DNA from: Balanoglossus misakiensis
Lineage: Eukaryota; Animalia; Hemichordata
NCBI GenBank assembly: GCA_040954595.2
Contig: CM082576.2
Coordinates: 15,609,028 to 15,673,027 of the forward strand
Direction of reading: 5' to 3'
DNA: 64,000 nucleotides
This document shows positions 49,701 through 61,948 of this stretch, in pieces (within the stretch, counting starts at the first letter, position 1; each line of letters opens with the position of its first letter). The position numbers and the translations under genes were made by a program. The notes under the pieces were generated by a model. It was given only the letters and a program-made list of their open reading frames with translations. It searched no databases and was not told the origin of the DNA.

Positions 49701-52700
49701 GAACGAAATAAGAGGGGAAAAAAAGACAATTACAACAGGACCATCTTGATCGAGATGATCTTAAAACCACTGCCACAGTGGAGTGTTATCTATCAAGACC
49801 AGTAGTGATAACAAACCCCAGTCCCCCACATAGATGTTTGGGGCTAGTAATAGACCTCGACGATTGACTAAACTGAAACAGCACATTTCACAACAAGCGT
49901 ACAGGGTATGGGTGCTGAGGGAAGTGTAGAGTGACTGGAACGTTCTCTCAGCTTGGATTAAATTGTGGAACGCCTGGGTTGAAAGGTCAGTGTGACAGTA
50001 TTGCTGTGGCTGCAAGTTGAACAAGGACAATGTTTCTTACAATATCGCACGAATTGCCAACATCAATTTTGTTAGTGGTTAAGCATTGTACAAGAGGTTG
50101 CCTAGTATGAAACAACATAAACCGGCAGTATGGCAGCAGAAATAAACGAAAACATGCATTTTAAGATGGATATTTGAGTTGTGGTGCACGTGAACCGAAA
50201 ATGAAAAATCAATGGACCTGAGTCAAACAGGAAATACACGATTTGGAACTGCTTGAAATGCAAGTGACCATATAATACTACAGTTATGTAGTAGGAGTCT
50301 GGTATATCCCAGACAACTACCACAATGTAATGTCGACGGTATCCGAAATAACATGGATGAACAATAGCCAGCCCCATCCCCACAAATGTATATTAATTTA
50401 ATTTACGTCCGCCACGAACCATCCTCCAAAATCTCCCGAGTCACCAGTGTATGAAACAATACACCCTGAGAAGACAAAAGTCGAATACAATGCACGTAAG
50501 CAACGTATGAATATGGATATCTCTAAAGCTGACCAAAAGACTATCCTCTATCGAAGTTCTGTTAAAGCCCCGCTGATAAATGTCGAAATCAGCAACATTG
50601 TCGTTCAATACAAACAAAAACAGGTTCTCATGTGGTTTCCTAAGTATAGGTGTTCCGTAGAAAAGGGGTTGGTTTAGACGTGTGTGCGTGATATTACAAC
50701 AGTATGTTTCAGTGAAAAATGGTATAAAATTATGCGGGCAGGACTGTCGAATGACGACAGGTAGATGGGATGGTCACTTTCCTTGCATTGGCCATTCTGT
50801 GCATTTAGTGTCACTGAGGCACTCGGTATGCCAGGTAAACAAACAAACAAACATACAAATCACCATTAATTAAACGATAACAATTAATCAATACAGCACA
50901 ATTCAGAGAATGTACACACGAGCCGCAAAATATCGAAGCGTTGGCTGGTTGTGCACCCGCCCTCGGCGCGGCGGGGGGGGGGGGGTGTTATTATTGCTTA
51001 ATCTAGCCTCTCAATCATGTATGCTGATGTGGGACTATTATACCTTACAGGTAAAGTATATTCGTCTCAGATGCTGATGAACTATTAAAATTTATGATAT
51101 TAATTCGCGAGAAGATGCAATGAAGGCTGCTTTATACCAATATGACAAATTTGACTCGTGTGTGTCATTCCCGTTTGAAATTTGACTCTTGCCAGTAGCT
51201 CTCAATAACAAATTAACAGACGGTATCTTTTACATAGCATTTTAGGATATCAGTAGCGATCACCCCTAAAAACAGACAGTGCATGTGTAAAAGCTTTTCA
51301 TTGTGATTGTAGTCTTGTGGGCTGATCCAGAATTCATGTGAATAACATGTCAACTTTTGGGTTAGGGGTGAAACTTTTTAGAGATCTTGCTGTCTCAGAA
51401 ATTGCTGGCTGGACATACCAGGTTTTACCTGGTCTTACAGTACTTGTTAGTGACTTGTTGACGCCCTACAGAATTATGTTATAAACGCACACGCCAGACT
51501 AAATACGTAATTAGTGTAAATGGGTTTTACATGACATTGAAATCAGCTGGGTGACGCCCCTGTTATTAATGGAGGGTAAAGTAACACACCGTGGATATGA
51601 CCAATGTTTTTGATGATCGCGGCTTATTATAGGATTTTACATGATTTAGATCATTCCCAGGTTTGCAGGTGATCTTAGTCTAATTTGTCTGTCTGTAAAA
51701 GTGTCTGTGTGTTTTTTCTCCAAGCGAAGGAGAGATGTTTTGTTGCGGTGCAGTATGAGTATGGGTAGAATAGATTAGGCTCTGCCCCTGTTCTGACCCA
51801 ACGCCTGTGTAGCCAGGTGAAACGCTGTGTTTATAAACACTGCAAGAATTCAACACCCTCTCTCTGGGCAGGGATGAAGCAATCAAAGCTCACTCGTTAT
51901 TGTCTGTTTACTCCGCTGTATATATTCCCGCCCGCGTTCTTGGCAATTTGTCAGTTTCCGGGGCAGAGAATGTCACCCCGTTGGTAAACCTGTCACGTGC
52001 AGAGTTTCTCAGATGTGAAACACAATATTTCGTTGGTTTACTGGTATGAAGGACATTTTTTTCTGGCTATGGTAGGCAGCTCTCTGCCTTAATGCTAATC
52101 TCAGGTTGAACTGACAGGCATTCCAGAGAGACTAGCCGCTGGAGAAGCTTAGCCTCTTGAAGGGTCAGTTCTCTCTGTACCCAGTCTTCGCAAAATTCTC
52201 TCACTGTCAGTCAACCACGACCAACAACCGTCCAAAACCCTCACCAACGCGAAGTGGTCACTTCTGCTCGAGAAGGGGGCACGGAAAAGCCATAGAAATA
52301 GTTTACAAAGCCGAGAAATGTCAGTCTGGCCGAGGTATTTGGAGCTTGGATAATTGTCCGCGTTCAGTTAAGAGTCCCCTTTAAACAGTTTAACAGGAAT
52401 TCCGAGCTGAATGAGAGTCCATAGCCACCTTTGAAATCCAGCGCGTGCTATTGTGTACACGACAATATTTGACGGAGATGGACTGTGTCATTGTAATCAT
52501 GTGCTAGTCCCATAGTTCAAAGAGATGTTTTGTTGGCCAGGTATTTCCATGCTTGTACGATTCTAAATTAGAACAGGTATCAACACAGAAACCCCTTTCA
52601 AGTGAATAGAAACAGTTAGAAGTCGAATACCGTGTTATTGAGGGGGGGGGGCTGTGCCTCTAACAGCTTGAACTTCGACTGTAATGGGCGCTCTTTTCTC

Positions 52701-55700
52701 TAGGTTTTTAATGAATAGTTTATTTCTTAGCACGCCATGAGAGCACAGTATTCCAGTATACCTGGCAGTCACAGTACATGATGCAGGTAAACAACACGCC
52801 TCTTTGTAGTACCTGTAAGTATCTCCTTCTCTGTAGAATGTCATGACAACTTTTCATATGATGTTGAATCCTGCTGGTTGGCAAATGTTATTTTTTCTTT
52901 TCGAGTTTTATATACTCCTGTCCACATTTGACATACTGACACTTACAAGTGGTCTGTATTAATGTGAACAAGATAGTCATTAGTGTTGCACGCGTCTATC
53001 TTCTCCAGTAATTGGGTATTGGCTTGCAGTCCATGGACGTCTATAAGTGCTCTACGCGACCATCGAATGTCTCTTCCCCCAGGATTGCACTTTAGGACAC
53101 CCCATTCTACTACTGACATACTCCTGACATTCTGCACATCAAAAGAATCCAAATTCAATGGCCTTATAGCATTGTATTGTCGCGGTGCCTAGATTTAAGT
53201 CTAACATAGAAACTGAACCCTATGATCGAAAATGTTGATTTGGCATTTTCTTTATCCGCCATATTCACGACTTTATATATTTTTAATTCCCCTAAATGTA
53301 AATAATACATATAAGGCGAGTCTAAAATGCCACCCACAATCCAAATAAAGTGATAACAGAATACAGATGCCAGCCTCTATTGGCTGCTTGCCCCTCACCC
53401 CCTCCCCTCCTCTCCGATCCCCACCCCATGCCATGATCATCTACTTTATTCATTTGTGCCAGTCAAAACCACTTTTCTAATTGTAAGAGTCACTCTTGTT
53501 ATGCGGACTCTTTTGGGCAGAAATTCTTCATTGTCAACTCCTCCTAACTCCTCCACATACCTCTATCGTAAAACGTCTTCAAGTTGGGAACTAGTCGGCA
53601 CTGAAGCCACGGCTAATCTTCGTCTATGATCTCGACGTGTTCATCTGATTCTCATAGTTAGAAACATCTGCCGTGAAATATAAGACCTGTTATATCTCTC
53701 ATATTCAAAGTCATAGGCGCCAAAGTATGCCATTGAATTTCTATCGGAGCACGAAAGGTTTTTCTAGAACGCTCGGGACAAAAGGAGCGAACTTCTCGAC
53801 CATGATATGATGATTAAGTGGGGACTCTGAAATTTGCTTATGGACATGAACGGCGATACATGTAAGTTCTTCGAGGCGCGACGATGGGATTCCTTGCCGC
53901 ACACCCAATCGGACACACTTGACTGGTCAGGTGTAACGACTTTAACTCTTTAAGCCCAACAGACAAACGAACTGGGTCATAGACGTCGACTAAAAATAAA
54001 AGTAACGTTCCACAGACACTGTTGCATTTCTTTCTATTAGTTAAGTGCTTGCTGAGTGATGGTCCAATTGCGTGATAGCGGTTAAGCACGCACAACTTAA
54101 AAGTGACTCCAGATTTTGCAGACTTATAGGTGCTGACAATTTCGACGAATTCCCAAGAGTCAGACAAACTGGGGCCTAAAACGTTACACCGGGGTTTAAG
54201 AAGAACCAATCCCTCTCAACAACGTACAAAGTTACTCGGGCCTTTTAAGGTATAATTAGTGAAAAATGTGAACCGCGCCCTTTCACGGAATTCTGATTAA
54301 GTGTGTGATGGAGTTTTGATCAAATGAATCTACGCATGCGCTGGATTTAATTATCGTTTGTGTCACTGCTAACCTGAAGGTAAGCGGTCAAACGATCAAG
54401 AAAATGTCATTCTGGCCAGGAGATTTAGAAATTCACTGAAAAGATTTAAAATAATATCGAGTGATAGTGAAGTATAGCAGTATTCCAGTGTGGGCGCTAA
54501 CAGATATTTTATAGAGTCGGTAAAATTTAAGTATCGACCGACGGGTTTCTCTTGTTCGCCCACGTAAAAATAGAGAAAGGCTTATAAATTCGGACGATGC
54601 ACTCTCATCAAAAATAGTGAAGTTTGTAACGACCTAATGGTCTATACCAATCTTTTCCACTCGACTAAATGGATTTGGGTTGAATTTTATGATATTTGCG
54701 AAATTAATTATTGAATAATAATGGACTTTAGAATGCCATGCACGCCGTTCTTGTTATATAGCACCCAACCTCTTGTAGCAACAAGTCTAGTTTACCCGAC
54801 TCTCCGAAAGGCAGGAATCGCAGAAGCAATTCCGTATTTGATTATTCAATTAAAACATGTTCTTCATTAAAGGTGTATTACGTTAACTTTTGCGTCACAC
54901 GTGGAATAATTACGAGAGAAAGGCCACTGCATTTATCAAAAGTTCAGAGGTTGAAGACAAATACGTCAAACAATACCCTTATTTTTCATTAAAAGGAGCT
55001 GGCAATGAAAGTTCGTTTATTGTCGAATGAATATAGGCGTCCTCGTTAAAGAATTTGCTGTGGGGTCTATTTTAAGCGCCAATCTTCATCCTCTACTACT
55101 CTCCTCATCTTGCTGTCATAGAAACTGTAATTCGCTGGGATAATTCGGGACACGATTTCACCAAATCAGAGCTGAAACATTTGACGTAGTGCTGTAAGCT
55201 GTTTGAGATCATTCGATTATCAGTTGATCTGGGAGATTAGGTACAGTCCAAGTGAGGACAGCGCTTTTCAGTGTCGTTTAGCGGTTTCCGCTTTTGGTAG
55301 CAACTCTTTGATATTTAGGCATATATGCTGCACATGCAAATATATTCTGGGTTTAGAACTTAGTTTTGCTGCACGTTCATCAAGAAACATGTTCGGGAAA
55401 CGTGAACTATCTCATTAATTGCACATGTTTCTTTAATTGCTTTTTGTTTATTAAACGCTGGGATTAAAAATTGAAAAGCGGGGTTTTCATCGATAGACGA
55501 ATGAAGACCAGGGCAGTCTCACGTACAAAAAATGCCATCGTTGATGACGAAGTCGCCGCTGATCAGGATATGGATTTATATTTAATAGAATTTTTTTTGA
55601 TGAAATGGCCGCATATTCAGAAGAAATCGGCCAACCATGGAAACAACATGTATACAGGAAGCCATAAGTTGGGAATAACTACGTGAAATGGAAATTGTAC

Positions 55701-56820
55701 AGTTTTCTTCAACAGTGCCGCTAATTTCACCTGTTCATCATACCCACTGAGACATAAAACATTGAAATGGTTACGTCAACGAACGAATCGCATTAGCAAA
55801 ATCGGGTTTCAGTGAGTGATGTCTAGTGACGTCATCGGTGTGTCACTTGGTAGTCTCGGTAAATAATCCCCTTCATTCCAGTCTAGCCACTCAAGGAGTC
55901 TCATTTGAACATTTGAAGAACCCACTTGAAAATGACCTCATCACTGAGTCACGGTGCATTAAACTTCCCAATTGGGCATCGTCGTCTGACAGACCTCTTT
56001 AAAGTATCGCCTATCCTGTGAGTGTTACATGTACCTTCATTCCAGAATTTGCTTAGAATCGTGAAGGAGAAAGCTCCAATATCTGAATATTGGCAAACAT
56101 GATTCGTTACATTCATGGTAGCCTGCACTGAAGCAAACGACATCTTGAAATGTTTGGCACCTCAAACCGCCGCCTACCATTAACTAAAGCAGAGAAGGCG
56201 AAATGTAACAGTATCTGGTTACTTACACCGGGAGCAGTGGAAGTACATGCACTTGACATTGACATTGTATCTGCGAAGTACATGAATAAATATCAGATCA
56301 CGTTTCGCGCGCATCCACATGTTAGACGATTGTGTTTCATTGTCGGTGCGACTCTGTTACGGGAACGTGACGTGTTCAGTAAAGTAGCAAGCGACCCGTG
56401 CACATGGCGCCATTTGCAATGGATATCATTCTAGTTGAATTCATGTACACCGTGTATAACAGTTTCGATGACGTTTTATTTCTGTCATCTGAGATTACGA
56501 TAAGATAAGCTTGCGCACAATTTGTTGGGGAGGGTCGCTATGATTTCAGTATCTTTATTAAGACGGCACTGGATATGTATCACGATTTTGTTTAAAGCTA
56601 CCAGAAAATCTACCTATGCCTCGCAGTGCTTGCGGTAGTTTTGTATTTTTTAATACATCAATTTGCTTGTTTTATGATCTCCGCTTTGATCCAATGAATG
56701 CTGTCTCTAGAGACAACAGAATATGTTTGATATATTTTGAGCGGTATTTAAAAATGGTGTTGGTAGACATATAGCTTGCCTGGCATCCAGGGACACCAGT
56801 ATTGCATTGTCACAGGTGAG

Positions 56821-56934
56821 TATAGTCACAGTCGCGTGGGGCCGGGGTTGTTACACCGCGATATCACACGTGTGACTTAGAAAGTCACGGTCGTGATATC
56901 GCAGTGTACCAACTCCCACGCGACTGTGAGCATA
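56821..56934. mobile_element. Small palindromic MITE-like element (~114 bp)
   Basis: tatagtcacagtcgcgtggg..ttacaccgcgatatcac..gtgactt / aagtcac..gtgatatcgcagtgta..cccacgcgactgtgagcata form an imperfect hairpin. Confidence 0.65.
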
Positions 56935-57439
56935 GTTGTGTAAAATGATCAACGAGGAACACATTTACCTTTCTTTGGAATATTTCTGTCGCCGGTGATA
57001 TTCATATTGACTTTTGGTAATGTTTCAGGCCGGTGATGGAAAGAAACTAAATGGTCACAAGAATAGCGAAATGGTTGCCCCTGATGACCATTGACAATTG
57101 TCCGTATAGTGCTGTCAATTGCCTTGGTGATTTATGACGTAATCTTACCATGGTTAGGATAAATATAGAAAAATTAAGGAGTTTCGGCGCAGCATATGTT
57201 GAAAGAACTGGAGTTTAGGGACAGATCGTTTTAATATACCGCCTTTCTTACATATAATAGGTATCTCATGGCGAAATGGACTTGTGGGATTTATCGAAAT
57301 TGGAAGCGATGCACACTGCAAGTCTTTTCATATTATGCTCTTTTCATATCTTTCGGGATAGACGAGAGAAAGACTTTGACAACGAGCTCGAGAGAATGTC
57401 AGAAGCAAATGCCGTATTCAGGTGGATTGCTATCCCCGC

Positions 57440-57592
57440 CAATCTGATTGAAATCAGATGTAGGGTACAGCGACGTCTTTTACTTGCGCTGCGCGGTATC
57501 CTCCTATGTGAGGCGCCAGCATAAGAATACCGTACCGCGTAAAGTATTATAAACGACGTCGCCGTACCCTACATCTGATTTTAATCAGATTG
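57440..57592. mobile_element. Palindromic MITE (153 bp) with 9-bp TSD (MuDR/Merlin-like)
   Basis: TIRs CAATCTGATTGAAATCAGATGTAGGGTACAGCGACGTC / GACGTCGCCGTACCCTACATCTGATTTTAATCAGATTG. Flanks tatccccgc (57431-57439) and tatcctcgc (57593-57601). Confidence 0.8.
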
Positions 57593-60500
57593 TATCCTCG
57601 CGTGATCATCTGTTACTCTAACAGAAATTCACCCGATGAACCGCTGGTCGCAAGCAGCACTAAATATCTACATGTTGGTTAATCTGATACCTCTTACAGA
57701 TTAGAACCGCACTGCACGTGGAAACCAGACCGATTGCAGACAATCATGATAATTGCATTGAGTGGGAGGTTATGTCATAGGCTAATCTTTTCTCGTTACT
57801 GAGCTGTGACTTCCATTCAGACTCCATGGAATGGATTACACCATATTACACCGATAGTATAACACTGGCTTGTCTATACGCTGCGCAGGCAATGGGCCAA
57901 AAATAAAAAAGATCGAATGTTTCATGCAGAATTTCCACCAGAAAGATTATGAAAAGATATGTTTCTTATTCTATAAAGTAATGATATTAAACTAATCGCA
58001 ATTACGCTTGAATTTCAACATTTTACGTAATTTCGTGGAATTTAATGTTGGGGGAAAGCTTATGTTACCGGAAACACCCTTTATTCTTGGGTTTATTAAT
58101 TCACTCCTGAAGGGAGTCATGTGTAACAAAATATTGGCCACGCAATCTTATATATTTGTATGTAACTAATTTCGACCACATAATTGTGTATCCCAGAACT
58201 GGGTGATTTACTTTTCTATTCCACATTTAAGGTCCGTGCCGAAGGGCCATTCGTCCGCAACCAGTATTCGGCAGAGCTTCGACCGATTTCTTTCAGACAC
58301 TGTTCGGCAACACATCACTGGGACTTTCAGAGACACGTGAAGATGTCACTACATATTATTACCCGCATGACTTTTGGTCAAACCTGTATTTCTCATCGAA
58401 GACAACATGCAAATCCCAACAGAACATTAATTCCATGATACATATTTGAACCTTTCTTTGATAAAGCTAACTTTGCTTAAAACCGAAAGCGGGACAAGCT
58501 GTCAACCAAAAAAAATCGAATGTTTGGTATTTTTTATTGAATTGCCACCGCTTTGCAAGCAGAATGAGAGCTTTCAGATGATCTACGGAATTTGTGCAAC
58601 TTTTACTCTGGGTTCTTATTGAATAAGAAAATTCCAGGCAGGCATCTTTATGTTAAATTTATTTTCGTTGCTCCCTCGACTAGACATGGTCAGCCTATCA
58701 CGAGAGACGCCGGAAATACTATATATAGTACTCTACTGCGGTAATCGTGGTGTTTGAGCACGTATTTTGGTGAGGATGCCAAGGTTGAACAGGTCACACA
58801 ATGACCTGGCCTGATCCCCAAGTGTTGGCTGCGAGCGTGTATGAGATGACTGGTGCCTTGATGGAACAGGTCACGGTTGAAACAATTTATTCAACATTGT
58901 AGATCCATCTTCTTCGTGTAGATAGTATCATTATATGTCCTGAATACGGTATGTCCATTTACTTTCACTTACTGACGTCATATTGCAAATGATTTGGAGT
59001 ACATGTACAATAAAATATAGATGACTTCAGTATGCCCATAACAGTATTATAAAATATCGCAAAAACAAAATCGTTTGTCCATTCGTCTTAAAACTCACAT
59101 TAAAATACGTTTCGTAAATACGAGAGTGTAGATTTGTTAGGTTTAACAATATGCTTTACAAATTCAGTCGGCCTAGACATCGGACGTGATTGTGCCGACT
59201 TTGTTTTCAAATTCTTCAAGCGAATGTGGTTTTATGGAAAGATCACGGAAATTACATCTTTTCTTCGCTATTTTTTGTTCTATTTTCGACGTCTATAGAC
59301 AACAGATTTCGATTCAGTGAATAGTTCGTATGCAAATGTGACGGGTCACAAAAGGTCGATCATAATGTCCCATGTCAAAGAAGTTTACATTCGCCCGACA
59401 AACGTCGTCATGGGAACACGGAAATATCAGTTGGGGCAGACCGACGGTGGAAAGTGTTCTAAAAGGTCACACGCTAAAAGCCCGGCGGTGTTGTCAGTAA
59501 CTAGGTAATTGGTTCTTATTTAACGCCACTTTCTTGACGTTGTGTTCAGTGTCTAGATTTGAGTTGAATGATTTCTGATGCAGTAAATCACTGAGATTAG
59601 CACATTTCTCTCCAGGGTCTATGGTTGAACGTATTCGTAATCGTTACAACTTTCTTGTGGGGTTACTTTAATTAAACATTGAAACGCGTTCAGGGGTCAC
59701 ACAAATCAAAGTGCGTTTCCTCACTAGGGTTTGTTGTTGTTGTTGTTTGTTGTTGTTTTGCTCCCCACCCTTTGTGCGTGCACGTACGTAGGATTTCCAC
59801 GTTGCTGCACACAAACTGTTACGGTGCAGGCTACACTATGCAATAGGAAAGATGAATCGCCAAATAACTTGTAGTGAAATCAGTTCTGGCGAGTCAGAGA
59901 AGGATAGTTCATGTTGACATTTTCAACGAGAAGAAGAGTGCATATAATAGCGAAAATTTCGACCACAATTCAATAAATACATCGGATCCCATAATATTGA
60001 TAGTGTTAAAATAATAGTTAAATCGGTAACAGTACTTAACCCTGAATTGTAAGCAAATAACTTTCTACAACAACTTGTGAAATCAGACACTTAAAACACT
60101 AAGCGTGAAAATATTTGTACAATTAAGAATACATAGCTGGCCTCCAGTTCTGGTTTCAAATTACGTTGAAATGTCGCAAAAAAGGCATACGCCAAGCTTT
60201 TTACAAAATTTCCAGGAAACCGAGTCAAATTCATATATGAACCAAACTTACAATCTTAAACGATGCAAAATACGCTGCAAAATGTTCATTTATTTGCTGG
60301 TCGTTCACACCAACAAACTGCCGGGTATTTCTGCTCCAGATTGCTTGCACTCAATGAAGTCACCCGTCAACGTTTTCCGATGACGTCACAGTCTAACGTA
60401 TAGGCAAAGGACTCTATTTATTAATTTTTACTCGCGCACGTTTCTACTCCATGTTACTGATTGATTACGTTGGTAGTGACGACCAAGCACTTTCTGATGA

Positions 60501-61731
60501 CGTCACAAGTGATCAGATCGAGACAAATTAACTTGACATATCAGAGGCGTCAGTCAATTAATAGCTTTGTCCCTATCTGTGAGGCAATAGGTTCTGTGTT
60601 TACCAGATAAACGCAATTTCTTTTCCGAAAAAAAGGTTATCATCAAAAAACGTGGGTTTGCTATACATAGATGAATCTATCGCAATCACCCACTGACAAA
60701 TGTATCTTAACATTACCACTACAGATGAAGGCAACCAACATTTCAAATTGTGGATGGAGAGATATGTTTAAAAATAACCAGTGACGGCATAGCGCTACAT
60801 GGTGCTTACTGGGTTTGTGTTTGTTATGTAGTTTTACGGACGAAATATGTGTCTGTAAGATATAAACAGCTGGTAAAATGCATGTTGCTTTTAATTGAGG
60901 GAAATGACATTGCAAGAAATGGCATTCCCTAACTGTGGCATATTTATATGTGCAGCATCAAAATAAGAATACATTTTGAAGGATATTTCTGAATACCGGT
61001 CTATGGATTGCTTGATCATGAGTAGCCATACTGTACTTGTATAATGTAAACTGTAACCTGTAGTGTAACACTTAATTTAACGGTCGGTGTTATCTACGTG
61101 TACTAGCCCTAGGACAAGTTGACATGGCCTGTTTGTTGGTTTGTTGTACTTTTAATCCGCGTGCGAAATTGTTGGAATTTCTTGGAAACCTTCCAAATGA
61201 GCTTCCGACACTTCTTGATTTAAAATAATGAGATGGCGATCGAGACTCCTCAGAGGTTTAAATCATGTTATGTTTTGTACAGCAAATATCTGGTTCCACT
61301 GGCCATATTCGTCTGTGTTTGACGACGTTCTCTTCTTTGGAGGGGGGAGGCAAGTAAATATGCTTTTTGAATCTCAATCTCACCCTGAATCGAACGCTGA
61401 ATCATTTTTTTCCCAAACAAAGTGATTAGATTTAACTCTCGGCGTGTTTGCCGAGTAAGACAACTTAGATTAAAATAATCCTTCTCCTGGTTTGTAAAAT
61501 CATACATTTCCTGTTTCGTCTTCAAGTTTCATATAAATATATGTGATACCTAATGGAAGTAGAAACTGCCATGTGCAACAGAGAAGAAAGAGATGCAAGC
61601 AAGAGTATTTGATTTGGTATTCTAGCTTCCTTCGTTTTCAGAAGACAAGACAGAAGTCAACGTCATCCACTACAAAATGTGGCCAAACGAAGTCGAAGAG
61701 CCTGAAACTGGTGCAAAGGTTTCCTTGTACC

Positions 61732-61733
<2 letters not shown>

Positions 61734-61773
<40 letters not shown>

Positions 61774-61948
61774 CCTTTTTCCATTAATTATGTATGATAC
61801 AAGACACCGTTTATGTTATTCTACATGTGGATATATAGTGAATCAACACTCGACCACACACACCTTCCATCCCACTTGCAGACACGAGAGTGAAAAACTC
61901 GCCAAAATGAATAATCGGTGTTTACCATTTATTCATTTTGACGAGATT
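61734..61948. mobile_element. Partial second copy of the Kolobok-like foldback MITE
   Basis: (CT)n-cgctgtcctttttccattaattatgtatgatacaagacaccgtttatgttattctacatgtggatatatagtgaatcaac...aaaaactcgccaaaatgaataatcggtg matches one arm plus the loop of 19271-19629. Confidence 0.85.
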
